In this document: in pieces, positions 17,297 through 27,967 of the stretch
Position numbering within the stretch: the first letter of the stretch is position 1
Layout of the letters: each line of letters starts with the position of its first letter
The notes under the pieces: model-generated
What the model was told of the DNA's origin: nothing
Seen by the model: only the letters and a program-made list of their open reading frames with translations
Databases searched by the model: none
Made by a program: the position numbers and the translations under genes
Origin: a virus
Lineage: Duplodnaviria > Caudoviricetes
Strand: one strand, 5' to 3'
IMG/VR virus record: IMGVR_UViG_3300028805_000089
Span: 1 to 64,000 of that record
DNA length: 64,000 bases

Positions 17297-18052
17297 GTGC
17301 TTAAAAAGGTGTCGATACCATTGCAGGTCCTCGACTCCATGCTCGCCCTTGCCCCGGAGGAAATGCGCTCATCCCTGTCCGTGATATGCGACGCGGCGCA
17401 CGCCGACGCGGGGGAACCCCTCCTCCCGGAACGATGCGCCGTCTGGCCGGACATGTCCTCCGAAATCTCCCGCCAGCACCGTGCCGCGCAGATGCATGCG
17501 CGGTGCGGCGTCCGGGGAGGCCGCCCCCGGCGGGACGTTATCGCTCCGGTTTCCATCGCCCCCGATCCCGTCCCCGGTCCCACTCCCGCCGAAGACTACG
17601 ACGACGGCGTCACCGCATTCACCGCGTCCCTTGAAAAACCCGCTGCCGCCGACGCCGCGTCCTACATCGTCAATTCCGGTTTCCGCATGACCCCGAATTA
17701 CTGGGACGAATTCCGGGAATTCACCGAAGACTCCGGTCTCCCGGACGATCTCGTCATCTGGGCCTGCGACAGGGCGGCGGCGAAGGACGCCGGATGGCCC
17801 TACATCAAAGCGATCCTCGACCGCTGTATCACCCGTGGGATATTCACCCGCGAGCAGGCTATCACCGAATCGGTGAAACACGCCGCCGAAGTGAAGGCCG
17901 AAAAAGAGAAACAGCAGCAGGACACACAAAAAATCAAGCAGGTCACCGCCCACAAATTCCCCCAGCGCGAATATGAAGAATCATCCCTTGAAGACCAGGT
18001 TTACGGAGAATTCTTCCGTTTCGCCGGGATCAAACCGCCGGTAAAGGAGTAA
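17297..18052 (+). CDS. DnaD-domain replication protein
   Basis: LVIWACDRAA..GWPYIKAILDRC..RGI..EQA DnaD-like motif; follows recT. Confidence 0.75.
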   Translation: MLKKVSIPLQVLDSMLALAPEEMRSSLSVICDAAHADAGEPLLPERCAVWPDMSSEISRQHRAAQMHARCGVRGGRPRRDVIAPVSIAPDPVPGPTPAEDYDDGVTAFTASLEKPAAADAASYIVNSGFRMTPNYWDEFREFTEDSGLPDDLVIWACDRAAAKDAGWPYIKAILDRCITRGIFTREQAITESVKHAAEVKAEKEKQQQDTQKIKQVTAHKFPQREYEESSLEDQVYGEFFRFAGIKPPVKE

Positions 18053-18184
18053 ACAAACTATGCTTCCTCCTCCGTACCCCGTCCTCATTTACCTTATGTG
18101 CGCGTCCTTTTTCCTCGGTATGCTCTTCTACCGCACAATTCACATCCTTGTCATGCGGCGCGTCCGCAGGAAGGAGAAAATCCG

Positions 18185-18706
18185 ATGACAGCACGCGTCT
18201 ACAAATCAGTTCCATCCTATCCGGAAAACATCACGGAAACGCGGGGACGCAAGCCGTTCACCCCCACGCAGGAACAAATAGAACGCGCATGCCAGCTTCT
18301 CGAAACGGGAAAGATCCCCGGCAAAATGCTCTGGCGTATCACGGGATTCTCCGGCGAAAAAACGTGCCGCAAGGCATTGTCAGAGCATCTCATGGGCAGC
18401 CCGGATTATTCCTGGGTCCAGCTTTACACCTACTGCGCTGTCCGAAAGATGCAGGAATCTCCGGAATCGGCAAAGTCCATTCCCACCGTACTGTGCGGCG
18501 ACTGCCCATTCTTTACCCCGGACGAACACCTGACCCGCATCAACAACTGTTATCTCAGATTCGGCGATTGTTCCGAATCAGGCAGCCGCACGGAGCGCTG
18601 CTCACATTGCATCTACGGCATTTATGAGGATTCCTGCTACCCCGACCAGGATTACATCGTTCATGAAGGGAGACATATCAAGAATGGCCCAAAGCGAAAA
18701 TGGTGA
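18185..18706 (+). CDS. Hypothetical Cys-rich protein
   Basis: AAGGAG RBS; CGDCPFF motif. Confidence 0.65.
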   Translation: MTARVYKSVPSYPENITETRGRKPFTPTQEQIERACQLLETGKIPGKMLWRITGFSGEKTCRKALSEHLMGSPDYSWVQLYTYCAVRKMQESPESAKSIPTVLCGDCPFFTPDEHLTRINNCYLRFGDCSESGSRTERCSHCIYGIYEDSCYPDQDYIVHEGRHIKNGPKRKW

Positions 18707-19019
18707 CCGCGCCGTCGCCCTTACAAGACGCGCTCACGAAGACCTGGAGCGGCGATACCGCATTCACCGTCCCCGCGTCACCGACGACCAGGCGGGGGAG
18801 ATGCTCCTCCTCTTCTGCCACTTCGGCCTGTCCAATCAGGACATCTCCGAACGCCTGTCCATCCCCATCGAAACGGTCCGCGCCGTTATCTCCTACGCCT
18901 GTTCCCTTTCCCTGAACCTCTATAGCTGGCACAAGGACGCGAACGACGTCCGTTCCGGAAAAGGCGCTCTACCGCCTTCCAACGCCAACGCCTACAAGCA
19001 CTACGCCCCGCACGTCTGA
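18684..19019 (+). CDS. HTH-containing hypothetical protein
   Basis: GLSNQDISERLSIPIETV sigma-70 region-4-like HTH. Confidence 0.6.
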   Translation: MAQSENGDRAVALTRRAHEDLERRYRIHRPRVTDDQAGEMLLLFCHFGLSNQDISERLSIPIETVRAVISYACSLSLNLYSWHKDANDVRSGKGALPPSNANAYKHYAPHV

Positions 19020-19033
19020 AAGGAGAAATTCAC

Positions 19034-19270
19034 ATGACCGAATCCGAACGCAACCTTCTCCTCGCCGAACTGACGGCCAAGACCAAAATCCTTGTCCAGA
19101 TGAAACTCGACCGCCGCGCCGGCAAATACGTTTCCCGCTCCCGGATGGAACGGATCACGGCACAAATCAATAATCTTAGGGATACTCTATATCCGCATAT
19201 CAACTGGGAGAATGCACGGAAAAGGATGAATCGCGGAATGGGAGACGCCCAGGGAAACGGAACGATCTGA
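19034..19270 (+). CDS. Hypothetical protein
   Basis: AAGGAG RBS. Confidence 0.6.
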   Translation: MTESERNLLLAELTAKTKILVQMKLDRRAGKYVSRSRMERITAQINNLRDTLYPHINWENARKRMNRGMGDAQGNGTI

Positions 19271-19297
19271 ATCAAATAGAAAGGAATCCGACCTATA

Positions 19298-20617
19298 ATG
19301 AGGGAAATCGTTGTCGATAATTTTGCCGGGGGTGGCGGCGCGTCAACCGGAATCGAAATTGCCATCGGCCGCAGCGTTGATATCGCAATTAACCATGATC
19401 CGGCTGCAATTGCGATGCACAAAGTCAATCATCCTGACACAAAGCATTACACGGAGGATGTGTGGGCGGTTGACCCGGTGGAAGCGTGTGAAGGGCGGCC
19501 GGTGGCGCTGGCATGGTTCAGTCCTGATTGTAAACACTTCAGTAAGGCAAAGGGCTCCAAGCCGGTAAGCAACAAAATCAGGGGCCTTGCATGGGTGGCT
19601 GTCAAGTGGGCTAAAAAAGTACGTCCCAGGGTGATCATGCTGGAAAATGTTGAAGAGTTTCAGGATTGGGGCAGGCTCCGCAAAGAAGACAGTAAACCCG
19701 ATCCTGCATACAAAGGCGAAACATTCAAGCGCTTCGTAAAGCAATTGGAACATCTCGGGTATCACGTCGAGTATCGCCTTCTCCGCGCATGCGATTACGG
19801 TGCTCCAACTACAAGAAAACGTTTCTTCCTGATTGCCCGTTGCGATAATCGCCCTATAGTTTGGCCCGAACCGACGCATGGCGATCCTGACAGCATCGAG
19901 GTCCTGACCGGGTTAAAGAAACCCTGGGTGCCCGTTTCCGAATGTATCGACTGGTCGATACCGTGTCCTTCGATATTTGCCACGAGCCAGGAAATATACG
20001 AGCAATATGGGATCCGTGCTGTCCGGCCGCTGGCAAAAAATACACTCAAACGCATTGCTGCCGGAATTGAAAAATTTAAGGATAAGCCATTCCTTATTCA
20101 ATATCATCAGTCCAGCGAATTTCGCGGTCAGTCAACTGATGAACCGTTAATGACGGTTGACGCATCTAACAGGTATGGTTTGTGTATGACGTTCATTACA
20201 CAGTTTAACAACCATTGCAAAGGAACCAACCCGGATGAACCAATCCCGACACTTACGGCTAAATCGAACCACTTTGGCCTTTGCAAAGCGTTTTTGACAA
20301 GTTATTACGGCAACGGAAGTCAAAGCGATGTTTCCGAACCGATGCCGACGCAAACCGGACATGACCGATTCGGACTTGTTCAAGTCTATGGAAATGAATA
20401 TCAAATCGCAGATATTGGTCTCCGCATGCTGACACCGCGAGAACTGTTCGATGCCCAGGGTTTCCCTCACGATTATATAATCGATCATGATGCCGACGGA
20501 AATGATTATCCCAGGTCAGAACAGGTAGCAAAATGCGGCAATGCGGTTTGCCCCCCGATCCCAACCGCTTTAGTCCGTGCGAATCTTCCTGAACTCTGCA
20601 GCGAAGCAGCAGCGTAA
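19298..20617 (+). CDS. C5-cytosine DNA methyltransferase
   Basis: Motif I DNFAGGGG, IV SPDC, VI ENV, VIII RKRFF, X CGNAV. Confidence 0.95.
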   Translation: MREIVVDNFAGGGGASTGIEIAIGRSVDIAINHDPAAIAMHKVNHPDTKHYTEDVWAVDPVEACEGRPVALAWFSPDCKHFSKAKGSKPVSNKIRGLAWVAVKWAKKVRPRVIMLENVEEFQDWGRLRKEDSKPDPAYKGETFKRFVKQLEHLGYHVEYRLLRACDYGAPTTRKRFFLIARCDNRPIVWPEPTHGDPDSIEVLTGLKKPWVPVSECIDWSIPCPSIFATSQEIYEQYGIRAVRPLAKNTLKRIAAGIEKFKDKPFLIQYHQSSEFRGQSTDEPLMTVDASNRYGLCMTFITQFNNHCKGTNPDEPIPTLTAKSNHFGLCKAFLTSYYGNGSQSDVSEPMPTQTGHDRFGLVQVYGNEYQIADIGLRMLTPRELFDAQGFPHDYIIDHDADGNDYPRSEQVAKCGNAVCPPIPTALVRANLPELCSEAAA

Positions 20618-20692
20618 TCTCTGTGCTTCCCGTCCCCCGCAGCAGTTTTATCCGTTTTTCTCTGCAATCATGGATGAACTTGAAAAAAGAAG

Positions 20693-22084
20693 GTGATGAT
20701 TATGTCAACCGCATACGACGAATTCCTGAAAAACAAAACATTCATTCTTGAATCTAAAGGATTTGACATCGACCAAAATCAACTCAACCCCAAATTGTTT
20801 CAGTTTCAGAAAGATATTGTCAGATGGGCGTTAGCAAAAGGAAGGGCTGCAGTCTTTACGGACTGCGGCACAGGAAAAAGCGCAATTCAACTGGAATGGG
20901 CAGATAAAATTCACACCTTCACGAATGGCGATGTGCTTATCGTTTCACCCCTGGCGGTTGTGGATCAGACGCGGCGGGAAGGCATCAAGTTTAATATCAA
21001 CGTAAACATCTGTGCAACCCAGGATGATGTCAAGCCGGGGATCAACATTACGAATTATGAAAAACTTGATCATTTCACATCAAAGCATTTTATAGCCGTT
21101 GTTCTGGACGAAAGTTCCATTCTGAAAAGCTACTCCGGAAAGATCAGAAATCAAATCATCGATTGTTTCCGGGAAACACCGTATAAACTGGCTTGCACTG
21201 CAACACCCGCGCCGAACGATTATATGGAACTTGGAAATCACAGTGAATTTGTTGGCGTGATGACGCGGGCGGAAATGCTGTCGATGTTTTTCTGCCATGA
21301 TGGCGGAGATACATCCAAATGGCGTTTGAAGGGGCACGCCAGAGACCTTTACTGGCAATGGATGGCGTCATGGGCCGTGTTCATGGATAATCCGAAAACG
21401 CTTGGATACAGCATGACCGGTTATGACCTTCCTCCGCTCAATGTAGAACAAGTCATCGTGGATGGCACGGAGACTATCAATACACCAATGAGTCTCACTG
21501 AACGTCGTGATGCAAGAAGAGCTTCGCTTGACGAACGATGCAAAGCTGCCGCTGATATGGTGAATAACAGCAATGAGCAATGGATCGTATGGTGTGATCT
21601 GAACGCCGAAAGCAACCTTCTTCATAAACTTATTCCGGATAGTATAGAAATACAGGGCAGTGATACACCGGAAAGGAAGGCGCAGGCTGTTATTGACTTT
21701 ACCGATGAAAAAGTGCGTTGCATGGTCAGTAAATCCAGCATATTCGGTTTCGGAGTCAATTGGCAGCAGTGTCATAACGTTATTTTCGTCGGTCTCAGTG
21801 ATTCTTATGAACAGTATTATCAGGCTGTACGCAGGTGCTGGAGATTCGGACAGACAGAAATCGTCAACGTGTATATCGTTATTTCAAAAAATGAAGGTGC
21901 CGTCCTTGATAATATCAATCGTAAGGAAGAAGACAGCCGCATCATGATCATGGAAATGGTGAAATACACTAAAGAGATCACCAAAAAAGAACTTAAAAGA
22001 ACAAGCCGTCTAAGTGCTCCATATGATCCGCGAAAAAGAATGATTTTGCCGAAATGGGAGGAATTCAAAAATGAATGTGCTTGA
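20693..22084 (+). CDS. SF2 (SNF2-like) helicase
   Basis: DCGTGKS, VLDESS, TATP, FGFGVNWQ, QAVRRCWRFGQ. Confidence 0.9.
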   Translation: MMIMSTAYDEFLKNKTFILESKGFDIDQNQLNPKLFQFQKDIVRWALAKGRAAVFTDCGTGKSAIQLEWADKIHTFTNGDVLIVSPLAVVDQTRREGIKFNINVNICATQDDVKPGINITNYEKLDHFTSKHFIAVVLDESSILKSYSGKIRNQIIDCFRETPYKLACTATPAPNDYMELGNHSEFVGVMTRAEMLSMFFCHDGGDTSKWRLKGHARDLYWQWMASWAVFMDNPKTLGYSMTGYDLPPLNVEQVIVDGTETINTPMSLTERRDARRASLDERCKAAADMVNNSNEQWIVWCDLNAESNLLHKLIPDSIEIQGSDTPERKAQAVIDFTDEKVRCMVSKSSIFGFGVNWQQCHNVIFVGLSDSYEQYYQAVRRCWRFGQTEIVNVYIVISKNEGAVLDNINRKEEDSRIMIMEMVKYTKEITKKELKRTSRLSAPYDPRKRMILPKWEEFKNECA

Positions 22085-23015
22085 TCAGGTTGTCAATAAT
22101 AAGTATGCGATTTATAACGGTGATTCATGTGAAGTAATTAAAGGAATCCCGGACAACAGCATCCATTACACCATCTTTTCGCCGCCATTCGCGTCACTCT
22201 ATACCTATTCTAACAGCGACCGTGATATGGGTAACTGCAAAGGCGAAGAGGAATTTGCAGAACACTTCCATTTCTTGATTGACGAACTTTATCGCGTAAC
22301 CATGCCTGGACGTTTGCTGTCATTCCACTGCATGCAATTGCCTCTGTCAAAAGAGCGGGATGGAGTGATCGGTCTGCGTGATTTCCGGGGCGGATTGATC
22401 AGGATGTTTCAGCAGGCGGGGTTCATTTATCACAGCGAAGTTACAATATGGAAAAACCCCGTTACGGCAATGCAGCGTACAAAAGCGCTTGGTCTCCTGC
22501 ATAAACAGTTGAAAAAAGATTCCTGCATGAGCAGGCAGGGCATTCCGGATTACCTGGTAACCATGCGCAAACCCGGAGACAACCCGGAAAGAGTATCGCA
22601 TACGAACGAATCTTTCCCCGTATATGTCTGGCAGCACTATGCCAGCCCTGTGTGGATGGACATCAAAGAATCAGACACCCTTCAACGCAAGTCCGCCAGG
22701 GAAGAAAAGGACGAACGTCACATCTGCCCGCTGCAATTGGAGGTCATTCGCAGGGGTATCGAATTGTGGACGAATCCGGGTGACATCGTTCTGGACCCTT
22801 TCACAGGCATCGGTTCTACAGAATACGTCGCTTTACGCTCTGGACGCAGAACAATCGGCTGCGAACTGAAACCAAGCTATTATAAGCAGGCAGTTGCAAA
22901 TTGTATTGCCGCGCTCCAGGAAGATGTTTTGACGGATCTGGATGAAGCAAAGTCGCAATACGCAGAAGATAAAAGAACGAATGAGGCTTTTGAACAAATA
23001 TCAATTTCAATTTAA
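22071..23015 (+). CDS. N4-C/N6-A DNA methyltransferase (beta class)
   Basis: Catalytic SPPF precedes the SAM-binding DPFTGIGST. Confidence 0.92.
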   Translation: MNVLDQVVNNKYAIYNGDSCEVIKGIPDNSIHYTIFSPPFASLYTYSNSDRDMGNCKGEEEFAEHFHFLIDELYRVTMPGRLLSFHCMQLPLSKERDGVIGLRDFRGGLIRMFQQAGFIYHSEVTIWKNPVTAMQRTKALGLLHKQLKKDSCMSRQGIPDYLVTMRKPGDNPERVSHTNESFPVYVWQHYASPVWMDIKESDTLQRKSAREEKDERHICPLQLEVIRRGIELWTNPGDIVLDPFTGIGSTEYVALRSGRRTIGCELKPSYYKQAVANCIAALQEDVLTDLDEAKSQYAEDKRTNEAFEQISISI

Positions 23016-23204
23016 GCTGGGCAATCCCCGTCCCCCGCAGCACCCGCCGTGGCCGTATGCAAAACCCCGCGTATGTACGACATAAATACATGCTCGGTCC
23101 TCCTTTGGCATAGGTGCCGGTCACGGAACGTCAGGTTTCGTATGCTTTTCCGGGCGCTCTGCAAATGACCGGCTGCTTCGGGGGACGTTTTCAAAAGGAG
23201 ACGT

Positions 23205-24209
23205 ATGAAAATAGCCCTTATCGACGTAGACGCCGGTCTGAATCCTGAAAAGGCAAAGTTTCCAAACCTTGCGCTTATGCGAATCAGCGCCTACCACAAA
23301 TCAAAAGGAGACGACGTGGAATGGTGGTGGTCGGATTTTGTACACTATGACATCGTCTATATGTCCAAGGTATTTTCGGACGTCTATACAAAAGACATAC
23401 CCCCACCCACAAATGCGGACACGGTTATTCGCGGCGGAACGGGATACGCCATATCTCTCGGTCCGGACGGTCTGGAACATTTCGATACATCAAAGCACAA
23501 AAACCTTCCTCCCGAGATGGAAAAAATGTTTCCGGATTACTCGATATATCCCCAGTTCAATTTCGCCGTGTCCATGACGTCACGCGGATGTCCGCGAGGT
23601 TGCTCGTTCTGTCACGTTGCTGCCAAAGAGGGCAGGCGTTCTGTCAAAGTTGCGGACGTCGCAGATTTCTGGAACGGGCAGCCCGAAATAAGAATCCTTG
23701 ACCCTAATATAACGGCATGCCGTGATAAGCGGGACTTAATGAAACAGTACATCGAAACCAAGGCGATGCTTGACTTCACGCAGGGACTGGACATTCGGTT
23801 GCTTAACGACGACGACATTGCCGATATAAATAAAATGCGCCTGCGTTATATACACTTTGCTTGGGACCATCCGTCAGAAAACCTAGTACCAAAGTTCGCA
23901 AACTTTGCAGCACGTTTCCGCAGAAAGACGGACATCGGAACGGTATATTGCCTGACAAATTATGAGCAAAACTGTACTGTACAGGACCACGTCGAACGTG
24001 CATTATATCGAATTTATACATTGCGTGACATGGGATACAAACCGTATCTAATGATTTACAACAAACCATCCGCTCCGAACGAACTTCGTAAAATGCAGCA
24101 ATGGTGCAATAACAAAATTATTTTCAGAAAAGTCGAGCACTTTGAAGATTTTGTTGAATTTGAAAAAACGCGATATCAAATGAGAAAGCAAAAAAAATTA
24201 TCTAAATGA
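23205..24209 (+). CDS. Radical SAM domain protein
   Basis: SRGCPRGCSFC (CxxxCxxC). Confidence 0.9.
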   Translation: MKIALIDVDAGLNPEKAKFPNLALMRISAYHKSKGDDVEWWWSDFVHYDIVYMSKVFSDVYTKDIPPPTNADTVIRGGTGYAISLGPDGLEHFDTSKHKNLPPEMEKMFPDYSIYPQFNFAVSMTSRGCPRGCSFCHVAAKEGRRSVKVADVADFWNGQPEIRILDPNITACRDKRDLMKQYIETKAMLDFTQGLDIRLLNDDDIADINKMRLRYIHFAWDHPSENLVPKFANFAARFRRKTDIGTVYCLTNYEQNCTVQDHVERALYRIYTLRDMGYKPYLMIYNKPSAPNELRKMQQWCNNKIIFRKVEHFEDFVEFEKTRYQMRKQKKLSK

Positions 24210-24222
24210 AGGAGGCAAGCCC

Positions 24223-24597
24223 ATGTACGTCACTCCATCTTCAGGTTCCCGCCCATCCCCCGTCGAACACATCGTCACCCTCGCCATTAACATCGACGAC
24301 GATAAAATCATCCGTGGCGTCGAGGAGGCCGCGCAGTCCCAGATCATCCGCGAACTCAAGTCCGATTTCGTCAAGGCCATCTTCCAGTCAAGGTATAACT
24401 ATAGAACAGGCAAGGATGATGTTGATTATTATTCGGTGCAAAGATGGGTCGAATGCGAATTCGAATCCTTCCTTGAAGAAAACAAAACCGCAATCATCGA
24501 AGCAGCCGGAAAGTACCTCTGCGAAAAACTCGTCCGCACGAAAGCTGTAAAGGAAATGGTCGTGAAGCAGACGAAAGGAGCGGACCGGGATGAGTAA
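24223..24597 (+). CDS. Hypothetical protein
   Basis: AGGAGG RBS. Confidence 0.7.
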   Translation: MYVTPSSGSRPSPVEHIVTLAINIDDDKIIRGVEEAAQSQIIRELKSDFVKAIFQSRYNYRTGKDDVDYYSVQRWVECEFESFLEENKTAIIEAAGKYLCEKLVRTKAVKEMVVKQTKGADRDE

Positions 24598-25132
24598 ACT
24601 GCCGAAGATCCGTCACATCCCCGCCCTGGACGACCACACCCGCACCGAAGCGCGGGGCGAGGAACTCCGCGCCGTCGAAATGTTCGCATACTACCAGAAC
24701 GCCCTGCACTTCTTTGAGGACCGTCTCAAGCCCCGCCTGCGTACCCGCAAAAACGCCTGGCGGCAGTTCCGGATGATCGAATCCTGCGCTGACAAACTCC
24801 TGATGCAGCTTTACGACACGCTGCCCAACTCCACGATGGACCGCATCATCGCCGGAGCAAACTCCCTTGAAATTCGCATCTGCCCTAAATCCGTTCGCCG
24901 TCCGGAGGAATACACCATGTTCAAGACCTCGGACCTTATCACGCTCATGAAGGCCGTCGGCGCGGGGGAGTGTGCTATGTGTCTCGGTGACCGGCAGACC
25001 GCAAACGCTTGTCCGCTCCGCAGGATCATCAAGGATTACTACGCTCCGGATTGTCCACCGTCGCGCTTTGGAAACTGCCCCTATGCGGGCGGCGCTCTGG
25101 AAGCGGCGATGGAACAGGCCGCGAACGAATGA
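24590..25132 (+). CDS. Hypothetical protein
   Basis: Overlapping start/stop coupling; C-terminal Cys cluster. Confidence 0.7.
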   Translation: MSKLPKIRHIPALDDHTRTEARGEELRAVEMFAYYQNALHFFEDRLKPRLRTRKNAWRQFRMIESCADKLLMQLYDTLPNSTMDRIIAGANSLEIRICPKSVRRPEEYTMFKTSDLITLMKAVGAGECAMCLGDRQTANACPLRRIIKDYYAPDCPPSRFGNCPYAGGALEAAMEQAANE

Positions 25133-25142
25133 GGTGACCCTG

Positions 25143-25490
25143 ATGAAAAACGCCCGCGCCTATAAGACCGGGACCATGCGTTCCATGTTTGGTCCCGGCC
25201 CGGACGGGGAGATATGCAAATCATGTGCGCACCTCGTTTACCTCCAGTATAGCAAACGCTATTACAAGTGCCGTGCCTACGGAACCTCCTCCTCTGAATC
25301 CACCGACTGGAGCTGCACCTGGCCCGCCTGCGGCCTGTTCACATACGACGAGGAAGCGCCGCTACCGCCCGGATTCATCCCCGTTGTCGAATCCCGTAAA
25401 CACGCCCCGCGCCCGAAGAAAATGGAACCGGAACTTCCGGGCCAGATCGATATGGAAGAACTGATGAAAGGATGTGAAGACAATGCCTGA
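25143..25490 (+). CDS. Hypothetical Cys-rich protein
   Basis: GAGGTG RBS; CKSCAH..YYKC..W..ACG. Confidence 0.7.
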   Translation: MKNARAYKTGTMRSMFGPGPDGEICKSCAHLVYLQYSKRYYKCRAYGTSSSESTDWSCTWPACGLFTYDEEAPLPPGFIPVVESRKHAPRPKKMEPELPGQIDMEELMKGCEDNA

Positions 25491-25803
25491 ATACATCGCC
25501 AAGGAACGCGCAATGGACTGCGTCTACGAAGCTATTAAAGCCACGGACGCGAACGCGCAGGATTTGTACGCGATCCGCAGGAAGATTGCGAAGGAACCCG
25601 GTATCGGCTGGGTGAGCGTTGACGACGTGTTACCAGAGGAAGATACGGACGTTATGGTCTGGAATGGTTGTGGGATGGAAATAGCGGCCTATACAACAAA
25701 TCCGGCTAAACGATGGTATACATATACAGGGCAAAAGGTGTTTGTTGAATATTGGATGCCCCTCCCGGAACCGCCGAAGGAGGAAGACCATGAGACCGAT
25801 TGA
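25483..25803 (+). CDS. DUF551-like protein
   Basis: WVSV.D.LP..YWMPLPEPP. Confidence 0.75.
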   Translation: MPEYIAKERAMDCVYEAIKATDANAQDLYAIRRKIAKEPGIGWVSVDDVLPEEDTDVMVWNGCGMEIAAYTTNPAKRWYTYTGQKVFVEYWMPLPEPPKEEDHETD

Positions 25804-26122
25804 TGCTGATGTATTAAAGCAAGATTTGACGCGCTTTTATGATGGCGAAGTGACGGCTAAAGAATTGATTGACGCGCAACCAACCGTTGGCTGCTGGGTC
25901 TCGGTCGGGGACAGGATGCCAGAAGAAAGGCCCGGGCGGTTTGAGGGGGAAATGGAATCCGATTTCGTCCTGTGCTGTGCAAAATCGGAAGAAGAAACGA
26001 TAATTGATATAGGCTATACGGTTAATGGTGAGTGGGAATGTGAAAGCGGTTATGTTAATGATTGTTGCGAAGTTACTCATTGGATGCCGCTTCCCGCGCC
26101 GCCGGAGGAGGACGAGAAATGA
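25790..26122 (+). CDS. DUF551-like protein
   Basis: MRPIDAD..WVSV..VTHWMPLP. Confidence 0.75.
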   Translation: MRPIDADVLKQDLTRFYDGEVTAKELIDAQPTVGCWVSVGDRMPEERPGRFEGEMESDFVLCCAKSEEETIIDIGYTVNGEWECESGYVNDCCEVTHWMPLPAPPEEDEK

Positions 26123-26472
26123 GACTGATTGATGCAGACGCGCTGGAGCGTGTGATTATGATGATGCCTTATGAAGAACTGTGCGCGGATTGTTGTTATA
26201 ACGTACTTACGAAACTGGACGATGCTCCGACCGTTATCGGCTGGGTCAGCGTACAGGAAAGACTGCCGGAGAAGAGCGGATGGTATCTGGTATCACTTGT
26301 AAATACATGCACGGGACACAGATGGGAAGTGCCAGTACCTGCTGACTACAGCCACGGAGAGTGGGATTACGCATATGTCGGAGGAAAGGATGCTACTTGG
26401 ATGCTGAATAACATGGTAACCCATTGGATGCCGCGCCTGGAACCGCCAGAGGAGGTAAACGAGGATGCCTGA
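26119..26472 (+). CDS. DUF551-like protein
   Basis: MRLIDAD..WVSV..VTHWMP. Confidence 0.75.
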   Translation: MRLIDADALERVIMMMPYEELCADCCYNVLTKLDDAPTVIGWVSVQERLPEKSGWYLVSLVNTCTGHRWEVPVPADYSHGEWDYAYVGGKDATWMLNNMVTHWMPRLEPPEEVNEDA

Positions 26473-26782
26473 CAGGGAGAAAGTGATAAAGGGCTTAGGG
26501 TGCTGTAGCGCGATGAGTGGTGATGAATGCCGAAGGTGCCCATATAGTTCAGAATGTCTTGACGAGTATTTCCCGGTTGGTATGTCACATCTTGCTAATG
26601 ACGCACTGGAACTGCTTAAGGAGCAGGAACAAGAAATAAGTCGATTGAAACACCACGTGGATTGTGACACTGCAGAAAAACTACTGTCTGGATGTGTTGG
26701 CTACGGGAGAGGGCTTAATGACGATGAACCGTGCGAAACGTGCAAAGCGTGCGAAAAATACAATGGATATGGCGAAGAGTAA
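26465..26782 (+). CDS. Hypothetical Cys-rich protein
   Basis: MPDREKVIKGL..C..CPY. Confidence 0.7.
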   Translation: MPDREKVIKGLGCCSAMSGDECRRCPYSSECLDEYFPVGMSHLANDALELLKEQEQEISRLKHHVDCDTAEKLLSGCVGYGRGLNDDEPCETCKACEKYNGYGEE

Positions 26783-26970
26783 AGGCGGTGAAGTGGAATG
26801 ATGGTGACTGACCACGACAAATGTGAAAAAACATGTTTTACTTGTTCAAACGCTTTTGTTGACGAAGACCAATATCATGATACATATCTTTGCTGTGTGT
26901 TGAGAGATGGTGAAGTTGTAGAGGACAATGATAGTTGTGACGATTGGAATTAAAGGAGAGAAATAATAAC

Positions 26971-27234
26971 ATGTTTAACTCGCGTGAGATTATCAAGGTC
27001 GTCGATCAATTGATTGGCCCCACGACCACCGTTGGCAGTTCAGCCTTTGATAAAGAAATCGATAACAATCTGAAAAATCTGATCGACCTTGTGAACTGGG
27101 CCTTGGACGGCATTGCCGACAGCGCAAGGACGCGCCATCGCTTTGAAACAAGCATGAGGATCACAGGCGAACGTGCGTTTTCCGCGCTGTGTGAATGGAA
27201 GGACTGGATTGAAACAACGATAAATCTCGATTGA
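26971..27234 (+). CDS. Hypothetical protein
   Basis: AAGGAG RBS. Confidence 0.65.
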   Translation: MFNSREIIKVVDQLIGPTTTVGSSAFDKEIDNNLKNLIDLVNWALDGIADSARTRHRFETSMRITGERAFSALCEWKDWIETTINLD

Positions 27235-27286
27235 TTGTTTCATGTGAAACAACTGCGCAACTTACGCAAAAAAGGAGAGTGTTGAA

Positions 27287-27667
27287 ATGGGCTGGGGATA
27301 CTATATCGACGCCCGAAAGAACCACGGCACACCAAACGAGCAGCGCCGCGAACTCGTCGACTGGCACAAGTTTGACGAACTCTATGCCAACATCCGGCAC
27401 ATCGTCCGCTACGAGGCCCCGGACGCTTCCGCGTCACCGGACGGTAAACTCCCCCCGGAAAAAGTCCTCACCAAAGATCAGCTTATCGACATCCTGCACG
27501 AACTTGAGCGCCTCCCGGATTACTGGGCCGACTACGAAGGCGAAGTTCTCGTCCCCGGCGTCCGATCCACCAACGGTTTCAAAACTGTCGAGCGGCTCTG
27601 CGAGATCATCTGCCAGTACGACCTGATTACCGAAGAAGGGTGGGAAATCGTTTTCTATTATGGATAA
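27287..27667 (+). CDS. Hypothetical protein
   Basis: AAGGAG RBS. Confidence 0.7.
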   Translation: MGWGYYIDARKNHGTPNEQRRELVDWHKFDELYANIRHIVRYEAPDASASPDGKLPPEKVLTKDQLIDILHELERLPDYWADYEGEVLVPGVRSTNGFKTVERLCEIICQYDLITEEGWEIVFYYG

Positions 27668-27905
27668 CGCTAATCTTCCCGATCCGGTCAAGGTCTTCGA
27701 CACCCTCAAACGTCACGCTGGCGCTTACGATTACGGCTGCTGGAATCATCACGACGGCGAGATATACGATAAATGCCCCTATTTCGGGTCAGACCATTGC
27801 GTTATGGATTCCTGCGCCGACGCCGTCACCGTTCTCAAAATCCTTCTTGCCAACCAGAGCGAATCCTCACCGTATTACAACGTCAAACTCCCATCAACAT
27901 CTTAA
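27660..27905 (+). CDS. Hypothetical protein
   Basis: Translational coupling with the upstream gene. Confidence 0.55.
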   Translation: MDNANLPDPVKVFDTLKRHAGAYDYGCWNHHDGEIYDKCPYFGSDHCVMDSCADAVTVLKILLANQSESSPYYNVKLPSTS

Positions 27906-27967
27906 CCATTCCAAAACTCCACTCTCCACTCTTCACTCTCCACTCTTACCGACATAAGGAGGCCCAT

